A DNA stretch of 64,000 bases, from the NCBI GenBank assembly GCA_051530055.1, contig CM121342.1:5703489-5767488 (forward strand), in the 5' to 3' direction. The notes under the pieces are model-generated. The model was not told the origin of the DNA, made no database searches, and saw only the letters and a program-made list of their open reading frames with translations. This DNA comes from Neoechinorhynchus agilis (lineage: Eukaryota > Animalia > Acanthocephala). The position numbers and the translations under genes are program-made. How positions within the stretch are numbered: position 1 is the stretch's first letter; every line of letters begins with the position of its first letter. Positions 1 through 12,512 of the stretch are shown one piece after another.

Positions 1-914
1 TCATGCTCGTGTTTAAAGTCAATCTTTTCATATTTAAAAATCTGCCATGTAAAAAAAGGGGAATTACACAAATCATCTAGAAAAAAAAGAAGTTATGGTT
101 GTGAATGAAGAAATATTTCCAAAACATCAATCGATTTCACATTAATTAACCTTTAATAAATTTTTTAAAGTGGATTTTAGAAAAAAAACTTACAAAACAA
201 TCATGACTTGTGAGGCGAAACTTTTATTTTCCAAAGATTTCTTAGCCATAAAAAAACACCGTTATCTGTGAGTATCTTCACCACAATTTTAATATTCAAA
301 CAAATTTGCAAAAGATTGATTTCGGTACTTCTTTAGAGATTTGAAGAATGTTTTTTTCTTGTCAGTTAGTTTTGTTATCGGTTCAAGTTAAAAGAAAAAT
401 TGATGGTTATTTCCTGACTTTTGAGAGCGTTGTAATCAGTGCTCTAAACAATAAACAAAAAAGAGAAGGCTGTGCAGTAAATCACAAAATCGTCGATTTC
501 GTTTCTGAGAGTTACTGATTTCAGTCTAAAGCTCACTGCCAAAAAATTCCTCTTTTCTATAGTCGCAAAAACCATTAAATCGATTAAGATCATTCGTTAA
601 TTCTATCCCAAATTCAGCATGAACATTTATCCATCATCGCTAGAATTTAGAGTAAAACGTCGTTAATGCGCGATTTAATTTTGATCGGGCATCATTCGGA
701 TACGACATTGACTTTTTAATACTGGATTATAAATATCAAAGTTTTTAAAGTGCAAGAGGAAGTAGAATTACATAATTTTAGCCTTTCTCAATTTGGTTTT
801 TTTTCGCTGCAAGTCTCTTTTATCAACAGCAGTTGATTGTAGGGCAGCTTCCGGATAAAATTGACGTTTCGGATATTTCATCAATGTTTCCTAACCCAAT
901 CATACGATTGTTCT

Positions 915-2428
915 ACTTTTATTGTCTTATTTCAAATATATAAATCGGTTTTTTAACAACAAAATCCTCATGCAATGAACTATTTGGTTTTTTAGACGCA
1001 AAACTCGTAAAAAAGGAATTCCTAAATAAGATTTTGGCTTTCCATAGGCCTTAAAACGGACGACGGTTGAATCTCTCTCCTTAAAAAATCTCGTTAGTCC
1101 ACTTTTATTGCCTTATTTCAAATATATAAATCGGTTTTTTAACAACAAAATCCTCACGCAATGAACTATTTGGTTATTTAGACGCAAAACTCGTAAAAAA
1201 GGAATTCCTAAATAAGATTTTGGCTTTCCATAGGCCTTAAAACGGACGACGGTTGAATCTCTCTCCTTAAAAAATCTCGTTAGTCCACTTTTATTGTCTT
1301 ATTTCAAATATATAAATCGGTTTTTTAACAACAAAATCCTCACGCAATGAACTATTTGGTTTTTTAGACGCAAAACTCGTAAAAAAGGAATTCCTAAATA
1401 AGATTTTGGCTTTCCATAGGCCTTAAAACGGACGACGGTTGAATCTCTCTCCTTAAAAAATCTCGTTAGTCCACTTTTATTGCCTTATTTCAAATATATA
1501 AATCGGTTTTTTAACAACAAAATCCTCACGCAATGAACTATTTGGTTTTTTAGACGCAAAACTCGTAAAAAAGGAATTCCTAATAAGATTTTGGCTTTCC
1601 ATAGGCCTTAAAACGGACGACGGTTGAATCTCTCTCCTTAAAAAATCTCGTTAGTCCACTTTTATTGCCTTATTTCAAATATATAAATCGGTTTTTTAAC
1701 AACAAAATCCTCATGCAATGAACTATTTGGTTTTTTAGACGCAAAACTCGTAAAAAAGGAATTCCTAAATAAGATTTTGGCTTTCCATAGGCCTTAAAAC
1801 GGACGACGGTTGAATCTCTCTCCTTAAAAAATCTCGTTAGTCCACTTTTATTGTCTTATTTCAAATATATAAATCGGTTTTTTAACAACAAAATCCTCAC
1901 GCAATGAACTATTTGGTTTTTTAGACGCAAAACTCGTAAAAAAGGAATTCCTAAATAAGATTTTGGCTTTCCATAGGCCTTAAAACGGACGACGGTTGAA
2001 TCTCTCTCCTTAAAAAATCTCGTTAGTCCACTTTTATTGCCTTATTTCAAATATATAAATCGGTTTTTTAACAACAAAATCCTCACGCAATGAACTATTT
2101 GGTTTTTTAGACGCAAAACTCGTAAAAAGGAATTCCTAAATAAGATTTTGGCTTTCCATAGGCCTTAAAACGGACGACGGTTGAATCTCTCTCCTTAAAA
2201 AATCTCGTTAGTCCACTTTTATTGCCTTATTTCAAATATATAAATCGGTTTTTTAACAACAAAATCCTCACGCAATGAACTATTTGGTTATTTAGACGCA
2301 AAACTCGTAAAAAAGGAATTCCTAAATAAGATTTTGGCTTTCCATAGGCCTTAAAACGGACGACGGTTGAATCTCTCTCCTTAAAAAATCTCGTTAGTCC
2401 ACTTTTATTGCCTTATTTCAAATATATA
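915..2428. repeat. Tandem satellite array, 186-bp unit, ~8 near-identical copies
   Basis: The AACAACAAAATCCTCA anchor recurs at 955, 1141, 1327, 1513, 1698, 1884, 2070 and 2255 (period 185-186). The array ends ~50 bp from the formin stop codon. Confidence 0.97.
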
Positions 2429-2475
2429 TATCGGTAATCGGTCAATATACACGTACCTGCATGCGCTCTTTTCAC

Positions 2476-5400
2476 TCAAGACTCCTCGGTTGAGACGAGT
2501 GTCAAATCGAGTTGCTTTTGCCTCCGCCTACTCCTTTGAGTAACATTCCTCTCGACGGGATCCCCTCCGTTAGTCTTCTGAATAACCCGAAGCAACTGAT
2601 CTAGCACGTTTTCATCATCATCCTGAACCTTAAGATTCTGCACTTCTCGTTTCTGCCTCTTCCTCGTCTTCCGCACATATTCACTCGACTTTCGAGTACT
2701 ACGAACTCGACTCTTTTGCCATCGTTGACTATCGCAGACTTCCTGGTAGCATTGTCTCAGATGGCCGCAAAACGTGTAGATATCTTTTAAAAGATTTTCT
2801 AGCTCATAAGAAGACGGATTAAAGGCAAAGTAGTCACCTAAGCGCCTGTACGCGCTTTCGATCTCGTTCAGAGTGTTTGAACACGATTCGTAATCCGGTC
2901 TGGATTCATGAACGAACGCACTCATCTCAGAATTAAGGAGATGGCCTCCTTCAATCTCTTGTTCAATGGCAACAAGACATTCCTTAGCTTCATTGAGACC
3001 TTTACGAAGATCTCGCATGTTCGCTCGAGCAACTCCACTCATTCGACCGAGTAAATCCACCCAGAACCGAACTATTTGTTGATCCTTTTGTTGTGCGTAG
3101 TCTACGACGAGGTGAAGTAGAGTAGGGTGTCGACTCGTTGAGCCGCTTCGATTTGTTGTCGATTTGATCTGAGTGATCTTCGTCAAATAACCAATATCGA
3201 ATCCGTATGCACATTCATAGCCACGAAGACAACTGGAATTCATGTAGTTCCCTGCACGGAGTATTATAGCAAGAAGCTGAGGAACGTAGGGTGATGTCTG
3301 GAGATCGTGGATGAGATCAAGAATGGACCGCATCGTTGGTGCCACTTCGGTCACAATCTCCGGAAACCGTTGTCGACTTTTTATACATAAAAGTCTTTGA
3401 CGAAGACGAGGTATATCTGACAAAAGAACGAGTAATTTCTCTGGACCTTGGAGGTCATTCAAACGATCACGCATTTCTCGAAATCGATCGAGTCCGTCGT
3501 CGGTTGCGTCGAGTGCTGGCAAAGATTTCTGAATTTGTTCAATAGTGTTTTGATTTAGAAGTTGATAATCGCAGTTCCATACCCATTTCCCAATAGACTC
3601 AGGGGTGGCTTTTAAGAAACTGAGAACGATCGCTAAATTCTGCCCGGTTTTGTTATCGAGGACCTCAAAGAAATTATGAGCTCTATGATTTGTAGTCGAA
3701 CAACACGTGGACGCGTCCATTTGTACATGAGGCTCTGACTTGTTTTCGAATTCTTCATTAAGAAGCCGGAGAAGTGGGTCGTCAAAGTCTTGTTCATTGC
3801 TCATTCTAACCCACATCGATATCTCTTTTAAGGATCTTTCATTCACTCGCGTCCAAGTGACTCGTTTCAGTTGTGTTTGTGGGTTGTAGATTGGTTTTGG
3901 AGGAAGAAAAGACGGTTTGGCCGGTGAGAACATTGGAGGAGGCGGTGGCGGTGGTGGTGGTGGTGGCGGTGGTGGTGGTATTGAGTCCGATGAATTGACT
4001 AGTAGTAAAGGTGTAGGCGGCGGCGGTGGTGGTAGTGGTGGTGGGGGTGGTATAGGCGCAGGGCATCCATTACTAATCTCGTTCCATTCAATGGGTTTCT
4101 GAGGTTGTGCTACATAATCAAAATCGACCGATGAAGTCGTTTCGGCAGAGTCCGACTGGTTTCCTGTGGTCGGGATACTTCCCGGTGACTCGTGGTATTG
4201 CTCACCAATGACCCTTGACAACCGATTCTGCGCATCAAACATCTTTTTGATCCGATCCAATGCGTCTTCTAACTCATATGGAATTTGTTCATTCATCGAG
4301 TGAATGCAGTCGTGTCTTTTTAACACAATCTGACTAACACATTCGTTAATCAGTCCAAAGTAAACTTCTCGACTACGTTCGCAATCTCTAATAAGACATA
4401 AATGTTGAACTATTGAAGAGAGAAAACGAAGGCTTGATTCCCCGCATGTTCCACAAAGGAAGGCAAATAGAGCTTCCGGATTATCCATGAATCCGGGATC
4501 GACTTTCTCTGTCAAATAAAGTTGGTCGTGATGGCGTAGGGTGTCGAGTTCATTTAAAATGAGATGGACCTGAGCTTCGGTTCTCGGGACTGTGTTCCGT
4601 ATATCGTTGAAGGCATCGATCATTCCTTGTTGGTTCATTTGGCTCCTTAAATGAATTCGGCAATCTATGAGGTCATCCACGTCATCATAGAAGACACCCA
4701 TTATCGATTTAATGAGGAAAAGGTAATGAGTTAAGAGGTCAAAGTCCTGTAGGGATTTCCGAATACCCTGAACCAAACATCGGAACCGTCTTTCATTGCG
4801 GAAATTCGACAACACGATTGATGGATGTTTGTGTGCAACACAGATCACTATCCTGATTTTAAGGGAGCGAATGCTCTAAATTTTACGGATCTGCTAAAAC
4901 AAATGGATTCATCTGGATCGTGATCTATGTGTTTAAAAGAACACAAATGAGGCTGAGAGTAGTTTTGAGTGTTCGTGAATCGGTCTCCACATCGAGTGCA
5001 TCTACCAGTAAATGCGCGAGGTCCGTGCTGAGATCAACGCTGTCAATGAACGTATTAAAACCCCAGCCCGTATTTACGATCGAGTACAAAATATTAATCG
5101 CTAATCGCAATTTGCTTGTGTGGATAGTTGATTTATGGAAAAATGCCAGTAAAGACTTGAAATCTTCATGTCGAAAACGCATGATCCAACTAAGACCGCT
5201 GCTCCTACACTTAATCATCAAACTCTCTAAGACGTCTTCTCCTTTTACCAATGCTACAACAATCTCATGGGGAGAATGAGACGTTGTCACGTTGAGGAAC
5301 CTATCGATTTCTTGTTCTTGTCTCTGGCGCTTATCGTACATCGTCAAAAATTGTCGCATGTGAGTTATTGACTTTGATTTTAAATGCTGTTTAAGATCTT

Positions 5401-5743
5401 CTCGTTCAACAAGATCGTTCAACCGTTGATTGTACAGAATTCGGACTTCTTTGTCGGACAGAGTTGACACGGATGGATCTGGAGCCGTCGTGCTGTTTGA
5501 TCGCTTGATTTCAGTAGTTCGTCCAATCGTCGATGATTTTATGAACGACGGTTTCCGTTTCTTAAAACCTATGATGTTTGAGTCGTCAACGCTAATCGAC
5601 TGATGATCCGAACGGGTTTGTTTTGTGGACCGCCGTCCAAAAAGAGTACTGAACGAGTCGGCCAGAAATCTGTATCGAGTCTTTCCCGTGTCATCTGACA
5701 CTGAACACTTTCTTCGCTCTTCCTCGGACAAAAAGGAGGACAT
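2476..5743 (-). CDS. dia: Diaphanous-related formin (GBD/FH3, poly-Pro FH1, FH2, DAD); two ORFs joined by short intron(s) at ~4850-4945
   Basis: ORF 4925-5743 has GBD-like helices. ORF 2476-4848 has ERRFRCLVQGI (FH3), poly-Pro tracts (FH1), FH2 motifs (LKRVTWTRV, QNLAIVL, LAIILRAGNYMN, AYGFDIGYLTKI, TLLHLVV, LGDYFAFNP), and a DAD-like VLDQLLRVIQ followed by the basic RSRRRQK. A GT-AG intron restoring the frame can be drawn, but the exact junction is not certain. Confidence 0.9.
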
Positions 5744-6023
5744 CTACACATATACAAAAAATCTAGACGAGGGAGAGATTATGACACACGCACATGCCTA
5801 GTGCAGAAGATGAAATGAGTTACACGAAAGGTGCTCACTTTTTTGTGGCGAGTCCTCTAGAGTGACAATCCACTTTTTAATGTTTGTGTTGCTCTGACGG
5901 TAACGAAAAGTCATGCATCATTGAACGATCAAGAGACTGACTGAGCAAACCAAAAACACAATAAATGTTTACTAAAGAATTCGCAATCCTCACAAACGCA
6001 AGTCCGGAACGGCAGTCTTTGCA

Positions 6024-7290
6024 AACAGAAGACTGAAATTTTCATGAGGATTCCCGAGATTTATAAGAATGGTGAACTATTTGTTATTTTTTTCATTTAA
6101 AAGAGTTTAGATAATGGTAGAATAGACGAAATATTCAGAATCCGCAGCGTCAAAAGGAGAACAGAAGACTGAAATTTTCGTGAGGATTCCAGGGGTTTAT
6201 AAGAAAATCAAAAATGATAAAAAAGGGGAACTTTTTTTATTTGAAAGAGTTTAGATATTGGCTAAATAGACGAAACATTCAGCATTTCCAGCGTCAAAAG
6301 GAGAACAGAAGACTGAAATTTTCGTGAGGATTCCCGGGGTTAATAAGAAAGTCAAAAATTATAAAAAAAGGTGAACTTTTTTATTTAAAAGAGTTTAGAT
6401 AATGGTAGAATAGACGAAATATTCAGAATTTGCAGCGTCAAAAAACAAACAGAAGACTGAAATATTCGTGACAATTCCTTAGATTAAGAAAATCAAAAAT
6501 TATAAAAACGGTGAACTTTTTTTATTGAAAAGAGTTTAGATATTGGCTGAATAGACGAAATATTCAGAATTCGCAGCGTCAAAAGGTAAACAAAAGACCG
6601 AAATTTCGTAAACGATTCCCGGGGTTTATAAGAAAGTCAAAATTTATAAAAAAGGTGAAGTTTTTATTTAAAAGAATATAGATATTGTCTGAATAGACGA
6701 AATATTCAGAATTCGCAGCGTCAAAAAACAAACAGAAGACTGAAATATTCGTGACAATTCCTTAGATTAAGAAAATCAAAAATTATAAAAACGGTGAACT
6801 TTTTTTATTGAAAAGAGTTTAGATATTGGCTGAATAGACGAAATATTCAGAATTCGCAGCGTCAAAAGGTAAACAAAAGACCGAAATTTCGTAAACGATT
6901 CCCGGGGTTTATAAGAAAGTCAAAAATTATAAAAAAAGGTGAAGTTTTTATTTAAAAGAGTTTAGATATTGTCTGAATAGACGAAATATTCAGAATTCGC
7001 AGCGTCAAAAGGAGAACAGAAAACTGAAAGTTTCGTGACGATTCCTTAGATTTATAAGAAAATGATAAAAAAGGTGAACTTTTTTTTATTTAAGAGTTTA
7101 GATAATGGTAGAATAGACGAAATATTCAGAATTTCCAGAGTCAAAAAACAAACAGAAGACTGAAACTTTCGTGAGGATTTCCGGAGTTAATAAGAAAGTC
7201 AAAAATTATAAAAAAAGGTGAACTTTCTGTTATTTTTTCACTTAAAAGAGTTTAAAAAATGTTAGAATAGATAAAATTTTTCAAAATTTC
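6024..7290. repeat. Tandem satellite array, ~141-bp unit, ~9 diverged copies with a ~283-bp dimeric higher-order repeat
   Basis: The AAC(A)GAAGACTGAAA-type anchor occurs at 6024, 6160, 6304, 6448, 6589, 6731, 6872, 7014 and 7151. Segment 6448-6730 is nearly identical to 6731-7013. Confidence 0.93.
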
Positions 7291-7628
7291 CACCGTAGGG
7301 AACATGGATTCAAAGTGACAAAATCAATAGAGAACCGAACTCACGAATACATTTAGGCGACAAACATTTACATTTTTGGATGACACAATTCTCTGATCTT
7401 CGCAACTAATGAACAAAAAGACGACTCTTAAACAAATATTTAATGTAAGGATGTTCATCATTTTAACTTTTTTATAGCGAATTATCAAACAATTGATTTA
7501 TTTGATAATTTTCGGGTTCGATCTATTGTTTTCGGAGGAAAAATTCGAGTAGGCTCTGAAGAAGGCCTACGCGAAAGCTGAAAATTATCAAATGAATTTG
7601 ATATGTTTAAAAGATAATTCATTGTTAA

Positions 7629-7761
7629 TTGTCGATAGGATAAAATAAATGAAATTAAGATTTTATGTTGTAATAACTTTTCAAACAATCGCTAAGATCC
7701 GAGATATTGGATCGAAATATGCAATAAAATCTAAATTTCATTTATTTTCTCCTATCGACAA
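7629..7761. repeat. Inverted repeat (38-bp arms, 36/38 complementary), foldback/MITE-like
   Basis: TTGTCGATAGGATAAAATAAATGAAATTAAGATTTTAT (7629-7666) vs the reverse complement of 7724-7761. A small GATCC..GGATC hairpin lies in the spacer. Confidence 0.75.
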
Positions 7762-8346
7762 ATGAATTATTTGATAATTCGTTCTAAAAAAACGCTTGAC
7801 TACAAACATGAGAAGTCGTACAAATGGAAACCGAAATGGTGATTACGAAAAGAACATTTAACCAAAAAATGGCATCAAACAATGGGGTTGAGGGAATCAA
7901 AGTGAAACGTCACTCGAATGACATCACAAACATTACAGATTCAAAACATAGCAAAATTCAGCATCACAATACGACCACATTTGAAGAGACGTTAACAAAG
8001 AATCAAGCAAACGAAGAAGCAGCACCAAGTGAACAACAAATCATCTTATTATGCGGCCAATGGTCATCAGACATGAACGTCTGCCGTGTTTTTACCGCCA
8101 ATTTAAATAAAAAACTTAAAGAAACTTTAATTGAATCGAAATATGAACACTTTACGTCATGGTTAATTTCGATTGAGTTGAAAGTATTTTCGATAATCAT
8201 TTCAATGTGGGAATATGGCGACGTTTGGACGCATCAACTATTCGATTGGTTCTTACGTTTCAAAGTTAGACTTTGTAATGGTTTTTTTAAAGGTGATGTT
8301 CATTTTGTCGTCATTGATAGATCTCGCGCACTCTGTTTCCTTTTTG

Positions 8347-8358
8347 TGTGACGTCACA
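8347..8358. promoter_or_regulatory. Perfect palindrome TGTGACGTCACA containing the CREB/ATF consensus TGACGTCA upstream of DEK
   Basis: Exact motif match ~145 bp upstream of the DEK ATG. No functional evidence. Confidence 0.3.
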
Positions 8359-8501
8359 ATGTTCCGGTTCATCGTTCTTTCGTGTTCATTTTAGTTCACA
8401 CACCAAAAGGTCATTTGAAGCGTTCACACGGACGCCTTTTTGCTTTTCCACCGCGTGTGCGATACGTTTTTCCCTCGTTTTCTTTGCGTTTTACACGTCA
8501 G

Positions 8502-9329
8502 ATGACTGAAACGCCCTTGGCCACAACCCCGGCTGCACGAAGGTCTCGCCGTGATCCAATGGAGGACCAACAGAAATTAATTGTAAGTGGTAAACGGAAA
8601 CGTCGAACGGTAAATCGACTTGTGATGTCGTCATCACACTCTACCAGAGGCAGTCGGAACCAAAGATACGATGAAACCATGACTAATGCAGGTCGAGGAT
8701 CGTCTCTTGGTGCGATATCCAGAGTGGCTCATGGTCTAAGAACTCAAGGAATGTCGACTCTTCGTCTTTTGAGGTTTGTTTTGTTCGCTACGGACGAAGA
8801 CCGTGCCCCGGATGAGGTTCGAGCATCGCTTAGGGTGTTCTCCGGATTCCCGTTCACGGATTCTGACGAAAAGGAGATGAATTCTCTTCGAAGCCGTCTA
8901 AATGCTCTTAGTTTAAATGAAATCCAATTGGTTGGAAGAGTGCTTTGTTTGGCCGAAAAGGACGATAGAGACGAGATCACCAATCACATTGTTTCATTCC
9001 TCATGTGTCCAACTGAAGATCAATGCGTCGGAGAAGGTATTATGACTTCGTCGTCTTCGGGCGATGATGATAATCACTCAAATGGTTCTCAGTCTGACGA
9101 TGGTGATGATGTTTTGGGCCGTATAGAGGGTAGAAAACGACGAAAACGGTCAACGAAGAAAAAACCCGTTAAAAAACGAGCTGTTGGTAAGAAATCTGCA
9201 TCGGTGGACAATAAGGAAACAACGGTAGACAAACAACAAAGCCCAATCGAAGAAGCTTTGAACGTTGAGGTGAAAGATATTGAAGCTGGTAGTAAGGAGG
9301 ACACCCAAGAAAATCTGCCTCAGGAGTAA
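8502..9329 (+). CDS. DEK: DEK chromatin-associated protein (central SAP-like domain; C-terminal DEK-C domain not seen)
   Basis: GRGSSLGAISRV...LRVFSGFPF...IQLVGRVLCL...IVSFLMCP matches the DEK core pattern (G.G..L..I..I...FSGF.F...C.VL.L...I..FLM.P), with acidic and K-rich flanks. ATG at 8502 follows a CAG acceptor-like site. Confidence 0.85.
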   Translation: MTETPLATTPAARRSRRDPMEDQQKLIVSGKRKRRTVNRLVMSSSHSTRGSRNQRYDETMTNAGRGSSLGAISRVAHGLRTQGMSTLRLLRFVLFATDEDRAPDEVRASLRVFSGFPFTDSDEKEMNSLRSRLNALSLNEIQLVGRVLCLAEKDDRDEITNHIVSFLMCPTEDQCVGEGIMTSSSSGDDDNHSNGSQSDDGDDVLGRIEGRKRRKRSTKKKPVKKRAVGKKSASVDNKETTVDKQQSPIEEALNVEVKDIEAGSKEDTQENLPQE

Positions 9330-10279
9330 ACGTCGTCGCATGAGCGTACATTTGCGTATATTGAAGAAAGCCACGTCCAGGAGATCGGACGTCTTCTGAC
9401 TTTTTTGGCTAAGCAAACGGCACGCTCTCATTTTGGAGACCTACCTTTAAATCTTAGCAATCCATCGATTCCTATTAGCAAAGGTTTTTGCGATCCGAGT
9501 CTTTGATCAGTTTTAATGATAGTACCCTTCTGTTCATTCATAAGTCGTCGAAGATATTTTTGCCGTGATTATTTCATTTGTCCGTGGTCGCAATTCTTTT
9601 TTTATTGTAGCCGCAGTCGGCTCTTTGATTTCATTGTGCAATAACGAACTAAACTCGTCGTGCTTGTTTCATTGCTTGTTCAAGGAAAATGCTCTCTAAT
9701 CAATTTAAAGTAGCTTAGAAGTTTTGAAAATAATGCTTCTCAAAAATACGTACTCCAAAGATTAAAGTTTAAGAATAAAATGCAAATTTTTGAAATTTAT
9801 TGTTTTGGTATTCGTCAGGTAGAGAACATTAAAGACGTTTTCTAACCTCGTAGGACCTATCATCAGTTTCCTTGTAAATTACTGATTGTGAACTGTGTGC
9901 GTGTTGTGGATTTCGTTGGTAGTTTTGCCACCCCTGATTTAAATTCAATGATTTATTTCTGATCGCAAAACTACCAAAAGAAAGTGTATTTTCGCCCGAG
10001 GATAATAATCTAAGATAACTGTTTTACCTGATTTCAAAAAAAATGAAGTGCTCACGTTTTGCGCTAAGTAATGTAAAAACTTTTGAACATGCGATATCCG
10101 TTCGTACCGATGGCTTCCATGTATCATTTCTTTTTATAAATGTTTTCAATTGCATATTTTTAGCACTTTATTCATATTTCAAAATCAAGGATATTCTGAT
10201 CGCTCTTTATTTGAGAAATACCGCAAATCAGCAACAGAAATCAGCGAGCGCTTCAACAAAACGCTTCTAGATTTGATCA

Positions 10280-10729
10280 AAAGGATTTTCTCGGCTATAG
10301 ATGTTGATCAGTCCAGCTTTAACGGCCGGTACCTAGACGATGCCACGCTCGGAGGTACCTCCTCTGTAGTACTGCGCGATTTGGAGACACTCGTGAAGGA
10401 GACGGCAAAAATTTTCCATTGAATCGAAATTTTAGTGATGATCGTGGATGCAAACTATCTTGAGAGATTTTCAGAACCTGGCCCCCGGGATAGAATTGAC
10501 CACTCTAGACCAGTTGAGTCTTCTAGGAAGTTGCATTTTTGGTTCTAATGTTAAAGAAGAGATCGCCAATCTTCAATCGCAACTTTCGGTGCTGTGCGAA
10601 CGAGTTGATGAATTATCTTCACACGAAACTCTGTTCCTGATCAAGAACACCATCTTTGTTCCACCCTTTTTTAGACACAAGGATAAGCTGGCAAAATTAG
10701 ACGAGGCCGAGAAAATTTTAAATACTTAG
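10280..10729 (+). mobile_element. Decayed CRE-clade non-LTR retrotransposon reverse-transcriptase fragment
   Basis: FNGRYLDDATLGG (YLDD catalytic motif), followed after a stop/deletion by APGIELTTLDQLSLLGSCIF...LCERVDELSSHETLFLIKN. This second part is clearly homologous to the RT fragment at 57477-58055. Confidence 0.75.
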
Positions 10730-12512
10730 CTGTTTTGGTATCCGAAAACAGTAAATTTTTCCTCTCGCTTAATACGAATTTCGACAATGAGGGAGCGGTA
10801 CGAACACTCGAAAAAAGCGAATGAGAACAAAAAGAGCTTAAACCTCTTCGGAATGCTACCGATGAACGTTGTTCGACTGGCTCGAATAGTTTTTATAGTG
10901 CAACCTCTTTCGACACAGTGACCGACTTTATCGGCAAATCCATGGACTGTCAACGGGAAACATCTTTGCTTTCGTCTTGGCAATGATTTTCCTCGATGAT
11001 TTGGAAAAGCAGCTCACATTTAGCGTCGAAAAAGATTTATCTCTGCTATGTGGATGATGTGCTGTTCACCTACAGAAAGGATTGTGAGGTCGATGACGTG
11101 GAGAGGAGGTTGAATTCTATGGAGGTGAAGCGAGACAAACCATCGGATTATCAATACCGTTCCTAAATTCGTGTTTCAAAGTTATTTCCATCATCTTCGC
11201 GTGATGAAACAGGCAATTTGTGTTGAGATGCACAGGAAAGCACTGATTTGCTTATCTTCATTAACGGAGAAACGATTGGCGACAGAGTGGACGCAATTTT
11301 CGCTGATAATAGATATTTTTATGAAGATTGGCCAGCCCGTAACTTATATCGATGTGTGGCCTTTTTATAACACGGCTGTAAAGTTTTGGGCACACAGCCC
11401 ACTGACCCGGTTCAGAGTAATAATTCAATTGCTCAAAGCACTGAACCATCCCATAAAAGAGTTTGTAGATGCCTCCTGGAGGTATCCGGAGGAATGTCCA
11501 AACTCTTTTATGGGATGGCTCAGTGCTTTGAGTAATTGAATTACTACTCTGAACCAGATCGGTGGATATCCGCGTAGCGAAATCATGCGAAGAATTATTG
11601 TTTAGTCTTCTCATCTGGCAGATAATTTTTTGTTGAAAATGTTTCAAACCTCGTCGGGGAACAACTTGTGTTTTAGAACTGATGATGAAACCGACGAGGT
11701 TCTAAACGTTTTCAATAGAAACTTTTTGACCGAATGAACACATAAACTAAAATTCGAATCATGCTAACATATCGACATTTTGAAATCATGCGCTTCCAGC
11801 ATCCGTGTGATTCAAGAAAGGAGAAAACAGAAAGATGACCGTTTACGGAATCGATATGGAGGAAAACCGATTCTTAAGATAAAAATATATCAGCGAAAAG
11901 TTCATTAGTGACGTTTTTCAAAGCTGCTGCGACGATTGTGAATGGATGTCCGGATTTTAAGCAGAAACGCGCCTACACTCAGGCGAATCATGATGAGAAC
12001 TTTACACCATGAAACGCCGGAAACATTCAATTTGCACTGGAAACAAAGTGTTCTACGAGATGACCTTCGAGCGACGTTTGGCCGATGGCAATCGCTGAGT
12101 CATCTACATAAGAAAAACTGAACGGCCTTTGCGTCAAAGTGTTGCGGAATACGTTCGCAATGCAGTGAATCCAAGCGCTAAATCATGGCTAAATCATGGG
12201 CAAAACGCCACTCTGAGCAGCGACGGAAAAAATTCTCCACGAGAGTTATATTTGTGGCCAAGGGCCCAGGGGGGAACTATCTACTTAGATTCCGGGCGGT
12301 TTATAAGGAAAATTGAATGTTTTTCCACGGATAATGTGAGGGAGAGTTTCGTGGCATCAGCTCGAGAAGGAATCCAGAATTGCTCAACAAGCTTGACCGG
12401 GGGATCCGAGGGCAGGAGCATTCCTTCTACAAAAAGTCTAAGCAACGGGGGAACGCTGTGTCCGTCCAAAAAGAAGCTTCAGCTCGAGAAGGAATCCAGA
12501 ATTGCTCAACAA
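10554..12512 (+). repeat. Composite repeated block, copy 1 (RT relic + hairpin + single 122-bp satellite unit); inverted copy at 51068-53028
   Basis: The ORF track gives identical translations on opposite strands (e.g. 11171-11539 + and 52042-52410 -). Only a few SNPs were seen between the copies. Confidence 0.95.
11399..11565. other. Long imperfect hairpin (~65-bp arms) related to the 269-bp repeat unit
   Basis: GGTTCAGAGTAATAATTCAATTGCTCAAAGCACTGAACCATCCCATAAAAGAGTTTG pairs with CAAACTCTTTTATGGGATGGCTCAGTGCTTTGAGTAATTGAATTACTACTCTGAACC with 3 mismatches. Confidence 0.85.

Noticed and set aside
3839-4102. Gly-rich and Thr-rich ORFs overlapping the formin
   Set aside because: These are alternative-frame and antisense shadows of the poly-proline FH1 codons.
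4900-4945. Stop-codon reassignment suggested by an in-frame TAG in the formin and a TGA before the USP Cys box
   Set aside because: Both can be removed by short GT-AG introns, and the long exons of all genes are free of internal stops under the standard code.
7824-8351. 175-aa ORF upstream of DEK
   Set aside because: No recognisable domain. Its 3' end runs into the DEK promoter region and becomes hydrophobic/T-rich noise. It could be a real orphan but is not supportable from sequence alone.
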